Shown here: positions 1-12,749 of the stretch, piece by piece
Layout: every line of letters starts with the position of its first letter
Position numbering within the stretch: the stretch's first letter is position 1
Assembly (NCBI RefSeq): GCF_963921235.1
Contig: NC_086097.1
Span: 54,066,001 to 54,130,000, forward strand
Length of the DNA: 64,000 nucleotides
Direction: 5' to 3'
Source: Mobula hypostoma
Lineage: Eukaryota
The notes under the pieces: model-generated
The model's input: the letters and a program-made list of their open reading frames with translations, nothing else
The model's database searches: none
What the model was told of the DNA's origin: nothing
Program-made: the position numbers and the translations under genes

Positions 1-470
1 AAGATTAGATTAGATTAGATTCAACTTTATTATCATTGTGCCGAGTACAGATACAAAGCCAATGAAATGCGTTTAGCATCTGACCAGAAATGCAAAGAAT
101 AGTGTTATTTACAAAATAACTGCGAATTAAAAAAGTGCTACAGCACACAAATATAAAAGTACTGAGACAGTACAATACGGAAGCAATACTGCTTAGCGCT
201 GTGATGAGAGGTTCAGCAGGGTCACAGCCTCAGGGAAGAAGCGCTTCCTGTGCCTGCTGGTGCAGGAGTGGAGGCTCCTGTAGCGCCTACTGGATGGGAG
301 GAGAATAAAAAGTCCATGGTTAGGGTGAGATGCATCCCTGATAATGCTTTTCGCCCTGCCCAGGCAACGCTCATGGTAGATGTTCTCAATGGTTGGCAAC
401 TGGGTGCCGATAATCCGCTGGGCAGTTTTCACCACACGCTGGAGTGCTTTGCGGTCCGATACGGGACAAT
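1..470 (-). mobile_element. Rex1/Babar-type LINE 3' fragment (5'-truncated)
   Basis: Minus ORF 193..534 reads DRKALQRVVKTAQRIIG...SHPNHGLFILLPSSRRYRSL...FFPEAVTLLN, the typical Rex1 post-RT C-terminus. AATAAA and an (AATCT)n tail lie on the minus strand at the window start. Confidence 0.85.
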
Positions 471-1334
471 GATTTAGAATCATTGAAGATGATTCATTGA
501 AGATGGGACAATGAAGATGATTTATTATCTCCAAACTATAAATATTGCATTATGTTTTCATAAATCTTAATGTTAGTTATAGTTATCCACTGTATACATG
601 TTTAAAAAGACTTTAAAAGATATATCATATGAGAATTTTAAATTTATATTAAAGCATTCATCACAACACCTATCATATCAAATTGCAGATAACAATAATA
701 AAATTAAATTAGCCCTCTCCCACCAGGATAATTTAAGAACCATCAGCTCTATGGTATTCAATTGTTATTTCAAAGCATTTTTCTTGTATTCTTGCTGATA
801 TGTTATTGCCACTAGTTTTCATATGTCACACATATAGATTCAAAACCTTTAACAAAGTGTATATAAAAAATAGAGACCAAGAGAGCAATGCTTGGGAGGC
901 AACTGCAAAGGTAAACAGCCTTGTTCATGTCTTATGGGTACATGACTTTTAGACATTTTTATGCAATCATGAGTTGAGTATGGATAATAGATTCAATTCT
1001 GTTTTTTATCCTTAATTGAATTTAGGGACGATGATGTTGAGATATCTTCTTGAACACAGCTCATGTGGTTTCACACTGAGCAAGAAGGTAGGTTACTTGA
1101 AACTATGGTAACTCACCCAAAATGCCGGAGGAGCTCAGCATGGGCAACAACTATAGAAAGGAAGAAAGAGTCAATGTTTGGAGCTCTCTTGCTGAAAACC
1201 CAGAGTAGCATGCACCCACTTCATCAGCTACTTGGTAGGAAGTGTGTTAGAGTGACAAAGCAATGGCACTTTCCTCAGAATATCACTATCTGTTTGGGAT
1301 ATACTTAGCCCTGCAAGCATCTAACGTGCTACCC

Positions 1335-1920
1335 AGACCATTCACCTCCATTCAAGGCCCCAAACAGTCCTTCCGGCTGAGGCAAAAGCTGGAAGCAGAA
1401 CTTCCCAGAGGTGAAATATTTTAATTCCTATCCCTAATCCTGTTCTGACATGTTGGTCCATGGCTATGATGAGACTACCCTCAGGATGGAGGTGCAGCAC
1501 TCCATATTCCGTCTCAATAGCCTCAAAGTTGATGGCATGAATATCAATTTCTCCTTCCGTAAAAATACATATTCCTTTTCCCTTCCCTTTTCTTCTGTTG
1601 CCCACTCTGACTTCTTACCTAGTCTCACCTACCTAACACCTCCCCCTGGGTCCCCTTCTCTTTCCCTTTCTCCTATGGTCCACTCTCCTCTCCTGTCAGA
1701 TTCCTTCCACTCCAGCCTTTTGGCTTTCCCACCCTCCTAGCTTCATCTATCACCTTCCAGCTGTCCTCCTTCCCTTCCCCCCACCTTTTTATTCTGGCAT
1801 CTTCCCCCTTCCTTTCCAGTCCTGAAGAAAGGTCTTAGCCCAAAACGTTGACTGTTTGTTCATTTCTGTGGATACTGCCTGGCCTACTGAGTTGCTCCAG
1901 CATTTTGTGTCTGTTGCTTG
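1335..1920 (+). mobile_element. Penelope-like element 3' remnant (GIY-YIG C-terminus, pyrimidine-rich UTR, hammerhead-like motif)
   Basis: ORF 1450..1740 begins MLVHGYDETTLRMEVQHSIFRLNSLKVDGMNINFS, like the E.HLIFRL..L.P.GMN end of PLE endonucleases. CAGTCCTGAAGA...AAAACGTTGACTG at 1817-1854. Confidence 0.75.
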
Positions 1921-2286
1921 GGATAGTCATGTTGTTTTGTAGCTCCTTGGAGATGCACCTGAGACTAGAACTCCAGAGGACAATATTCCATCAGCAGGTA
2001 CCACAGGTATTTGTGTCATTAGCAACACTGTTTCAAGAAGTCACGAGCAGCTTTTTTCTAGGTGGATGCAAATCCCGCACTTCGGCCGTTACCTTTTCTT
2101 TTGGTGTCATTGTACACGATGAAAACAGCTTTCATTAATATTTTAATAACTATCACCGAGGTGATTTTTAGAATGCGTCTCAGATAACCGATCAGATAAC
2201 ACTTTTTCTTATTGTTCTCTTCTGAATTATCCCATTGAGCATCAAAGGCAGTCAAAGCCAAAGCTGAGTTCATTGTCATATGCAGA

Positions 2287-2640
2287 AAGATTCAAAGTAC
2301 ATTTATTATCAACGATTGTATGCAGTATACAATCCTGATCGTCATCTTCCCACAGACAGCCACAAAAGAAGAAAACCATGGAACCCGTTTAAAGAAAAAT
2401 ATCAACCCCCTCCCACCCCCATGCCAAAAAAAAATCATGCAAACGGTAAAAAAGAGCAAAAACGCAGATTATAGAACACAAAATCGAAAGAGTCCAGACA
2501 TATTCAGTTCAGCTCCTTTCTAATTCAGTCTAGTATTGTGTTGTTCGTTATCTGCAGGCCGCCCCAATCAAAATGACCCAAAATAGCAACAAAAGAAAGG
2601 AGCAACCAGAAACCAGGAACACATCATAACATAAACACAA
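2287..2640 (-). mobile_element. Non-coding element ending in a Rex1-like 3' tail
   Basis: Minus-strand end ...GTATACTGCATAC...TGATAATAAATGTACTTTGAATC resembles the Rex1 3' ends elsewhere in the window; no RT coding sequence. Confidence 0.5.
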
Positions 2641-2739
2641 GCACCTGAATGCACAGGTGCAATGAAAAATGTACTTGCATCGCCATCAGTGACACATAGT
2701 GTCATATCATAGCATCACCCATTATCTGTGAACAACCAA

Positions 2740-3355
2740 AGGTATGAAGCTCCATTCTATAAGCATAGATAAGGTAACAGTCATTTCTCTAGGGTAGATG
2801 AGACCAAAACTAGGGGACATGGACTTAGGGTAAGAGGGCAAGGATTTAAAAGGGACCAGAGAGGCATCTTTTTTCATACAGATGGTGGTTGGGTATATGG
2901 AACAAGCTGCCAGAAGAAATGATAGAGGCAGGAACAATGGATTCACTTAAGAAACAGTTGGTTTGGTACGTACAGGGATTGGGTTTAAAGGGATATGTCA
3001 GGGGAGTCAAGGACCAGAGAACTTGGTCTCAGAATAGAGAGACATCGAGATGAAGAGGAATTTCTCCAGCCAGAGGACAGTGAATCTGTAGAATTCATTG
3101 CCACAGGCGGCTGTGGAGGCCAAATCATTGGGTATATTTAAGGCAGAGGTTGATAGATTCTTGATTAGTCAGGGCATGAAGGGTCATGTGGAGAAGGCAG
3201 GAGATTGGGGCAGACATGATGGGCCAAATGGCCTAATTCTGCTATATCTTATGGTTTATGGATATGAGCCAAACGGAGGAAATTGGGACTAACTGGCTGG
3301 ATACATAGACTCAAAGATCCTATAATCCATGCGTTATTTGCATTTTGACTCTATG
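2740..3355 (+). mobile_element. Two nested CR1 LINE 3' fragments
   Basis: TRGH-type and FF.QRVV..WN.LP-type CR1 3' coding motifs occur twice. The inner copy (2998-3259) is flanked by a GGATATG duplication (2991-2997, 3260-3266). Confidence 0.8.
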
Positions 3356-3389
3356 ACTTTATCCCTCCATGGTACCAAAACAAGATGGT

Positions 3390-3575
3390 TTAATACTGAT
3401 TGATAAATCATGCAGTCTAACAAAGAGAACTGGCCCCAAAGATTTAATAAGTAATGATAAAAATGGTTTAGTGATGAGTAATGGACCCAGAGTTTTAACG
3501 AGGAACGCATGTCCCAGTGGTCTAATGAGGAGACATGGCCCTAACCATTTAATGAGCAGAGATGGCCCAGTAGTT
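3390..3575 (+). repeat. Degenerate 27-bp tandem repeat (~7 units)
   Basis: Units such as ctaatgaggagacatggccctaaccat / ttaatgagcagagatggcccagtagtt / ttagtgatgagtaatggacccagagtt; reads as LxxxxGPxx in ORF 3369..3629. Confidence 0.65.
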
Positions 3576-5311
3576 CAACACAGAATGCTTGCTAGCACTA
3601 AGTTTTCAAGTTTTTTTTTGCTTCCCTGACTGTTAAGCCACACTGTTCAATAGACCTTTTTTTTTTAAAAAATGACTGTGTGTACTCTTCTGCAAAGCAT
3701 ATGTTCCAAAATTGGCACATAACTTCTTTTTTACAGACTGCAGTCCAGTTTTGGCATTTACAACATCCGCACGTTGGTACTGGAAAGCAGCCCATAGAAG
3801 CTGTTATCCACCAGCAGTTAACATTAAACCATCAGGGCCAACAGTAAAATGTTATACAATACTTTGGGGAACAGCATGTGGTAATTTCAATCGTCTTGTT
3901 ATACTGTTCCCTGCTATAAAATGGGTATTGGCTTTCTCCCAAACACCACACTATAATGAGGGTTTGCTATATATGTCAAAGTATTAGAGAGTTATCCACC
4001 CCCTGTTTGGAATGATTGAATACTGGCATTTCTCTGACATACTTCACTGATGCTGCAACATATACTTCAGATGTGAAACACAATTAGAAAATCCTGAGAG
4101 TTCTACTCTGCCTGCTCTGAACTTTGGCTCTACAATTAACAGAAGTCTTCAAATAGAAAACTGATTATACAAGATTTAGCATTTCAAAAGTTTACCTTCA
4201 GTTTATCAAAGAAAAAAATTAAAGGGGAACCACCAGTTATTTTATCATATTCAGTTTATAAAGTGAATTTCAGTGAAAACTGCACTTCAACTTTAACAGA
4301 TGTAATTGTACAGGATTTCTTACACGGGTTGTATTTTCCCCTTATGTTTGAGTGTAAATATTGACTTCCATATGTTTTTGTCTTGCACAATATTCTCCTG
4401 GAAAATTGGCCTTTGTAAGTAGTTTAAACAGGGTTTGCCCTTGCTTGCTGAATCAGAAAGGTTGTTGTACTCATTAGGTTATAGACAATCTGTTCTTTTT
4501 CTGTTGATGAGTCAGCCAGATCTTTCTGCACTACCAATATTCGTCAAGGTTGATTTTAGGAAACATCTGTCCTTTTAACAATTGAGTCCAACCATTGCTT
4601 TATCTTATGAATTGATGCTTTAAAGTCGGTAAAGGTAATAAAAACTTGGCCACAATCCAGTTACGAAGAAAGGACTTGGCCTCGACATATAGTTCAGCCT
4701 GGAAAAAGAAAGATACAACCGAATGGACAACAGGTAATATTGTGCTGCTTCATTATTTAAATCAGGTAGCATGAGTCATGCCCTAATGCCTTCACACCTG
4801 CAGAGATAAATGAGAACAGACCAGTGAAGCCACCACCTAAATCATGACTGTAATGCTGGGAGTTCAAAGACTTTGTCAATGTTTTCAAGAATTAATTTTT
4901 CTTAATCTCTTCTAAAACAATTCACAAATCAAAAGATTCATTTCTCCCACCCATCCCTTTTCCCTCTTCATTTTACTAGAACCACTCTGACACAAAAAGT
5001 GCATAAATTAATTTTAAATTATAAAAAATGATTTATAAAATACATTAAATATTCTTCCCATCAGAAAATTCAGAGATGCGTGTGTAGTCTTCTGCGAGTA
5101 GTATGACAGGACAGTGCTTTACTGTTTGGTTACGCATGTGGTGTTTCTGTTGTTGGGATCTTGGTATGGCATTTGATGCCCAGTAATGGGCACTGTTAAA
5201 CTGTGAGCAGCATGTCTTCAGAGAAATGAGACCCATTCCTCAATGGAAGCATGTTAGAAAAGCTACCATTGAAATCAGTTGTTTTTTTTCTCTTCAGGCT
5301 TATATGATATA

Positions 5312-5847
5312 CATTCAGTGGGCACTTTTTTTGGCACACCTGTATGCCTGCTTGTTAATGTATATATCTAATCAGCCAATCATATGGCAGCAATTCAATG
5401 CATAAAGCATGCAGACATGGACTAGTGGTTCTGTTGTCCAAGCCAAGCACCAAAATTGGATGAAATGTGATGTAAGTGACATTGACCGTGGAATGATTGC
5501 CAGACAGAGTGGTTTGAGTATCTAAGATACTGCTGAGCTCCTGGGGTTTTCACACACAACACTCCTCAGAGCTTACAGAGAATGTTGCGGAAAACCAAAA
5601 ACATCCAGCGAATGATAGCTCTGTGGGTGAAAAGACCTTGTTAATGTGAGAGGTCAGAGGAGAATGGCCAGATTGGTTCAAGCTGACAGGAAGGCAACAG
5701 TAACTGAAATAACCACATGTTACAGTAGTGGTGTGCAGAAGAGCATCTCTGAACACACAGCATGTTGAACCCTGAAGTGGATAAGCTACAGCAGCGGAAG
5801 ATGTTAGCATACCTATCAGATGTGCCTAATAAAGTAACCACTAAATG
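5312..5847 (+). mobile_element. Tc1-like DNA transposon, internally deleted
   Basis: Inverted termini CATTCAGTGGGCACTTTTTTTGGCACA / TGTGCCTAATAAAGTAACCACTAAATG, flanked by TA. Decayed transposase N-terminus (DRGMI...LLGFSHTT...RGQRRMARLVQADRKATVTEIT). Confidence 0.85.
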
Positions 5848-6497
5848 TAAGTGTCTAAGGTGCATAGAACTAAATGCCCAAAAGTTAAACCTACTGCCAA
5901 TATTTCAAAAGGTTGCAGCTTTCATTCCTCTCCAACACTGAAAATGAGGGAATGCTGCTCTGAGACAGGGTTTCACTAATCTCTTTAATACAAAGCAGCT
6001 ACATAGCTATAGCTTAGAAAGCAGTCCCTATCTTAATTATCATCCACACTCTTTCCTGTCAGTTCCTCATAGGCACACTGTCTGTTGCATGCATAAGCAC
6101 AGCCATCGATTATATTGTGAAAGAAATGCACAGGGAAAAGTCATGCAAATCTGAAATGTATCCTTCCTTTGATAGTTTAATGTTTGCAGAAGTTTAAAAG
6201 AAGTGTTTTAAACCTCACTCAAAGTTGCAGCTTCTTAGGGCAATGGTCTCAGAGTAGAGTTACAGGAAAGTATGCCTCAACAAAGTTTAGAAGCCAGCAA
6301 ACACTCTCTGCTATTCACTTCATTCAGTAGCTTACTTAGAGCAAATGCAAGTAAAATCAATAAGAATGATTCCTGTTTGTACATGCAGAGTATTTTCTCT
6401 AACTTCCTTTTGTCAAATCCTACATTGGATTTAGATGGCAACCACTGTAGGGAAGACAAACTGATTACGTGAGTCATAAAATAATGATTCCAATATA

Positions 6498-8085
6498 TAG
6501 TACCTATGAAAAGTATTCCCCCCTCTTTGAAGTTTTCATGATTTATTGTTTTACAACATTGAATCATAGTGCATTTAATTTAGCTTTTTTGACACAATCA
6601 ACAGACATGTCAAGGTAAAAACTGATCTCCACAAAGTGATCTAAATTAATTACAAATATAAAACTCAAAATAATTGCTTGCATAAGTATTCACCTCCTTC
6701 AAGTCAGTATTTAGTAGGTGCACTTTGGCAGCAATTATAGCCTTGAGTCTGTGTGGATAGGTCTCTGTCAGCTTTGCACATTTGGACACTACAATTTTTA
6801 CCCATTCTTCTTTACAAAACTACTCAAGCTCTGACAGATGCATGGGGATCATGGGTGAAAAGCCCTTTTCAAGTCCAGCAACAGATTTCTCAACTGGATT
6901 GAAGCCTGGACTCTGACTTGGCCACTCCAGTACATTAACTTTGTTGTTTTTAAGCTATTCCGTGTAGCTTTGGCTTTATGCTTAGGGTCATTGTCTTGCT
7001 GGAAAATAAATCCGTCAAGTTGCACTTCTTTTGCAGACTGCATCAGGTTTTTTTCCAGGGTTTCCCTGTATTTTGCTGCATTCATTTTACCCTATCTTCA
7101 CAAGCCTTCCAGGGCCTGCTGCAGTGAAGTATCCCCACAGCATGATGCAGCCACCACCATGCTTCGTGGTAGGGATGGTGTGTGGTGTTCGACTTATGCC
7201 AAACATAGCGTTTATCTGATGGCCAAAAATCTCAATTTTAATTTCAGCAGACCACAGAAATTTCTTCCAGCTGACTTCAGAGTCTCCCACATGCCTTATG
7301 CCAGATTTCATGTGAGTTTTTTTTCTCTTTGCCACTCTCCCATGAAGCTGTGACTGGTGAAGCACCCGGGCAACAGGTGTTGTATGCGCAGTCTCTCCCA
7401 TCTCAGCCACTGAAGCTTAGAACTCCTCTAGAGTTGTCACAGGATTTCTTGGTGGCCTCCCTTACTTGTCCCCTTCTTGCACGGTCACTCAGTTTTTGAG
7501 GACAGTCTGCTCTAGGCAGATTTACAGCTGTGCCATATTCTTTCCATTTCCTGATGATTGACTCAACTGTACTCCAAGGGATATTCAGTGACTTGGAAAT
7601 TTTCTTGCATCCATCTTCTGACTTGTGCTTTTCAATAACCTTTTTGTGGAGGTGCTTGAAGTGTTCTTTTGTTTTCCTGGTGTAGTCTGATACTGACTCA
7701 GCAGTAGTTGGACCTTCCAGATACAGGTGCATTTTTACTACAGTCAATTGAAACACGTTGACTGCACACAGGTCTCTAAAAACAGATCTCCATTTAACTA
7801 ATTATGTGACTTCTAAGACCAATTACCTGCACCAGTGATGATTTGGTGTGTTGTATTAAAGGGGGGGGGGGGGAAGGGGTGAATACTTATGCAATTGATT
7901 ATTTTGTGTTTTATATTTGTAATTAATTTAGATCATTTTGTAGAAATGTTTTCTCTTTGACACCTAAGTGTCTTTTTCTGTTGATCAGTGTCAAAAAAGC
8001 CAAATTAAGTCTACTGTGATTCAATGTTGTAAAACAATAAAACATGAAAACTTCCAAGGGGGTAAAATACTTTTTATAGGCACTG
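6498..8085 (-). mobile_element. Near full-length decayed Tc1-family transposon (IR/DR type, ~200-bp TIRs)
   Basis: Long inverted repeats 6498-~6700 and ~7875-8085 with internal direct repeats. Minus ORFs give KKISKSLNIPWSTVESIIRKWKEYG, KHGGGCIMLWGYF and FIFQQDNDPKHKAK (DDE transposase), with frameshifts. Confidence 0.93.
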
Positions 8086-8364
8086 TGAAGCACATCAATA
8101 TAAATAATATTGCAAGACCAAAGTCGCAATCTTCACAGTTCATTACTGCAGATTTGGTTCTGAATATGTTTTGTGGCCAAATAGTGCAGTCACAAATGAG
8201 GATGGGAGCAAATATAACATTTCTCCAAAATGAATAGCAAGATGTATTTATATTATATTTTTGCTATTTTTAATCTGATGGCAGTGAATGTAATCCACTG
8301 ATTGTATTCAGTGAATGCAATGAATGAAGGTACACCTGTCCTAACATTTATATATTCAAAATAC

Positions 8365-8865
8365 AAAGCTCAAAGGAAAATTTATTGTCAAAGTACATGC
8401 ATATAACTACATACAACCCTGAGATTTTTTTCTGCAGGCATACTTAGCAAATCTATAGGACAGTAACCGTAAACAGGATCTGTAAACTGTAAATATCAGG
8501 AACTATAAACTAAACAAACTCTACAAATGCAGATATAAATAAATAGCAATAAATAATGAGCATGAAATAACACGATAAAAGAGTCCCTAAACGAGTGTAG
8601 TTATCCCCTTTTGTTCAAGGGCCTGGTGGTTGAGGGGTAGTAACTTTTCTTGAACCTAGTGGTGTGAGTCCTGAGGCACCTGGACCTTCTACCTGATGGT
8701 GGTGGTGAGAAAAGAGCTTGGCCTGGGTGGTGAGAACCTTTGGTGATGGATTCTGCTTTTCTACGGCAATGTTTCATGTCGATGCGCTCAGTGGTTGGGA
8801 TGGTTTTACCTGTGATGTACTGGGCCAAATCCACTACACTTTGTAGGATTTTCCACTCAAAGACA
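8365..8865 (-). mobile_element. Rex1/Babar LINE 3' fragment
   Basis: ORF 8601..8834 (AQYITGKTIPT...HHPGQALFSPPPSGRR...FKKSYYPST) plus 3' UTR and AATAAA. Confidence 0.85.
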
Positions 8866-11150
8866 TTGTCTCAAAGGCTCAAAGGCATCAAAATAATATA
8901 TTATATTATATTATTTATTATATGTTTGCACCTTTAGCATCAGAGGTGCACACTCTCTTTATTCAACTGAGGGAACATACAGGCCCCACAAACTCTATAG
9001 TCATCATCACTGACAGACGCTGCTCCTAAGACCACACACTTCGAGTATTTCTGGGCTAGCATGTCTGAGTTGTATTAACTGTGCCATTTTGCAATGTATT
9101 GCAGCACACGGTGAACCAAATAGTGGGCATTACCCATCGAACTCAACACAACATTGGATACATTTTCAAAGAGTGGACTGAACTCCCCATGGTTTTCCAC
9201 TCACAAATCACTTCAATCACTTCATGGGTCCATTAATAAACTCATTCAAACACATTCCAGAATGAATCAATATTATGGAAATACATTTTACAGTGAAAGC
9301 TTTCCTCTGTCAAGTCAGTCCAATATTAAATCCTTACTCTTTCTAATCATACAAATGAGAAGTGACAACGTGCTTGTCCGATAAGTGATGCAATGTCTAT
9401 GCAACTTCCAGGATTTTATATAAGTACTGGTGCTGAGAAAGGTGAGGTGTTAAGTAAAAATTAACATAGAGAATTTTCTGTATATATTATTTTGAGATAT
9501 TCTAGATTGAGTGTAAACAGGCCTGTCCTGGTCTTAGTCAGACCCAGCTCCCACATTTAACTACAAGCTTTGCTATAATTTGATTCCGTTTGGCATAAAC
9601 TGCATTGGATGATAAGAAGTGATGAGTATTAGGACACAGGACTAGGTCTTATTTAGCACATATGTAGATGTTTGCATCTGCAAATCTTCAGCTATGTGAT
9701 AACTCTTAGCATTACTTCAGCCTTGTAAGTGTGCGAATTCCAGAAATCCGAGTGACTCTTAGACTATGATGTTGGTGATAAGCAAACATTGAGCATTAGT
9801 TATTAATTCAGAACTGACTGTTATATTTAACCTGAATACTGCCCAACATATCAGAATTGCAATCAGAAATCAGGTTTGCTTATTTCCACTTTTCCAACTT
9901 AAAAAAGTGAAACTATTCAGCAATAAAAAAAACACAACTATCCCACTAATGGAAGCCAGCGAATCCCCTGTGATGGCAAGTTACCATAATCTAGCTTAGT
10001 CACATAGTCATCCAGAAAATAATTTAAAAAGGAAATGTACAGATGTTTTCTTTATATATCATTTCTGGAGACTTAGTTAATAACAATGATTGTTTGTGTG
10101 ATACACTGTAAGGATAACAAGAACTTGCTGTTCTTTTGCCAGCCCAGTTAATCAACAGGGTCTTGTGTAGGCTATGGCCAACACTGTCTATACAGCAACG
10201 CAAGACTTAGCTAACCTACAGTGCTTTTAAGATAACAAAGCAGCCTACTGTTAAATCTGTCCCTGTTCCTATTGGTAGAGAGCATCGCTGTCTCGGTGCT
10301 GCATCCAAACGTACTTTGCTGTCAGGTTATTGTTTTGGGACTTTGCTTGATCGAGTTGTCAACAGTCAATGTTAGCTGCTGTTGCAAAACTATACTGCAA
10401 GTTCTTAACAGAACTACCTTACCTTCAAAAATGTTAGGACAGGTGTACACACAGTGGATTGCATTCACTGCCACCAGATTAAATATAGCACACATCTTAA
10501 GTAAAAACCCTTCTGCCACTGGAGAAAAACAAACTGTTATGCTTACAGCAACTCTAAGCCTGCTGTTTCCAGACCGCTGAGCTGTAAGAGGTTAACATGA
10601 AAGCCAATCTCCAGAAAAAGACGCTTTGACATTTCCTGATGTGGTGCAGAGTAGCTTCATGTGTTTAACATTCCATACACCCTTTGTTAAAAGTTCTATA
10701 GATCTTTTCAAACTCACACAAAAAGATTTATAACTATCAGCATAAATGCCTGTAGGGGTTATACTTCAGGGAGAAACTTTAGGGCTATTGTGCTTTAGCA
10801 CACCTGCAGATACTGTATACATGAAGGTATTGGCCACAAAATGAAAGCTTCTTGGCATACATATCCTTTCCCTACATCTTTTGAAACCGTTTAGGCTGTA
10901 ATTGAAGTTGCAGAATGATACAAAAGAGACAGTATTCATACTGTTGTCCTGGGCAACCTGCAAATAACAAAAATCAAATATATATTTTGCTTTTGACATC
11001 ACACACCAGTTGTGTATTTAAAGCAAATGATAAAAGAAGAAGACACTGTAAAGCATCCAAATAAAAATGATGTTAAAACGATTTAAATGGATGTTCAGAG
11101 AACAAATATACATTTTTAAAACCAAACAAAACATCACTGAACTCTCAGAA

Positions 11151-11283
11151 ATAAGACCATAAGACTATAAGACATAGGAGCAAAAGGAGGCCATTCGGCC
11201 CATCGAGTCTGCTCCACCATTCAATCATGGGCTGATCCAATTCTTCCAGTTATCCGCACTCCCCTGCCTTCTCCCCATACCCT
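11151..11283 (-). mobile_element. CR1 3' end with (ATAAGACC)-type tail
   Basis: CR1 3' UTR (GGCCATTCGGCCCATC) and short tandem tail. Confidence 0.8.
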
Positions 11284-12749
11284 GCATATGAGTCTCAGGG
11301 TTGACAAACGGCGGTTAACAACTGACAAACCTGAGCTTTTTCAAATGATTCTGTTTCTATTTAACCTCCATTTAAACTCAAAAACAAGCAAAGTCAAATT
11401 GTCAGTTGTCAGTTGGTAATACCATTTCCCAGAGTGAAATCTTGCTCCTTCCTTTTGGGTAAAGAATGGTCAATCCAAAGTTAAAATTAAAATGACCTTT
11501 GTGATTTGGTCAATCTGGAAGAGAAGTGGAAGCAGGCTAATATGTGCTCTTGGAAGGCTTCAGAACATCGCCATGTGCTAGTGAGCTTATCACAGTGTAA
11601 AATGGCAGAAATGGAGATCTGGAGGATGAAGCAATAAGGCCAGAGACTTTTGACAAGTGACACTGGAACATAACTGGAATGGAATGAACAGTCCACTTCC
11701 GATTATGGATGGAGATTCTCCCTTCAATAATAAATATTTTGCTGCTGTTTCTTCCGCTGGACCTAAAGCCTAGTAGCAGCACTTACTGTTTTTAGACATC
11801 TCATTGAAACTTCACAATATGTCTTCCCTGTCTGACCCTTTTAAATTTGCTTCAAGCCTTTGCAGAACTGAGGACAGAACACATTTTGCAGCTCTCTAAT
11901 TGGCGAGATTTAAGTCGACACATGATCCATTTATCTCAGCATTAATCACAGCTTGTGGACTGCACTGCTCCTGTTGAACTGCTTATATTTTCAACCCAAG
12001 GCTACGTGCCACAAGGAAACTTTATTTTGATGTTGATTACTACCTGCTACTCGAAGGATGTTAAGCCACCCACCCTTAATTACACATTTATTAATCAAAT
12101 CTATTATCTTTGTTTCAAGTTTTTTTCCCAAAAGAAAATGGGACTTCCATTTTTTCATGATGTTGGGTAACAAAGCCAAGAGGTTTGTCAATAATCAATT
12201 TGGTCTGTATGCACTTGGACTCACCTATAGTAGGAACCTTCACTGATTTTGGTATATCAGTATCGAGCATTGTACACGATTGTCTAAAGATTCATCAAGT
12301 GCTTGAGCCCCATGAAAACCAAGTAAATAACCTGGTTTTGTATTCACGCCAAAGACATCAGCTGAAACACAATGTGCTCAAAAAAACATTCCAAACACAA
12401 GAACAGGTGTCTTTGGAACTTTACTCGTAGTTCAGAATCAGTACCACCAGATGGACGATTGGGTTCATTGACAGTTTGCCAGCCTGATGTTCAGAAACAA
12501 AAGCTGGTATTTTACTCTGATAGTTTATACTGAGTGCCAAGCCGATATTCCATTGTTCTGAATGTGGTCAGGGCTGCATGATATAATTTCTGTTACAGAG
12601 AACCTTTTCTACAAGATGTAGAATTTTACAGAAAATACTCAGGTCCATAATTTGTCATTTATCGTTTTTATAGTCTTCAGCAGGAGGGTGACTGTGAACA
12701 CCAGGAGTGCTGGTTCCGTTTCCTTCAAGGGCAATGTTTTTCATCCTTA

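Noticed and set aside
11490..12430. Short ORFs as a pseudogene
   Set aside because: No consistent frame or recognisable motif; lengths are within chance expectation.
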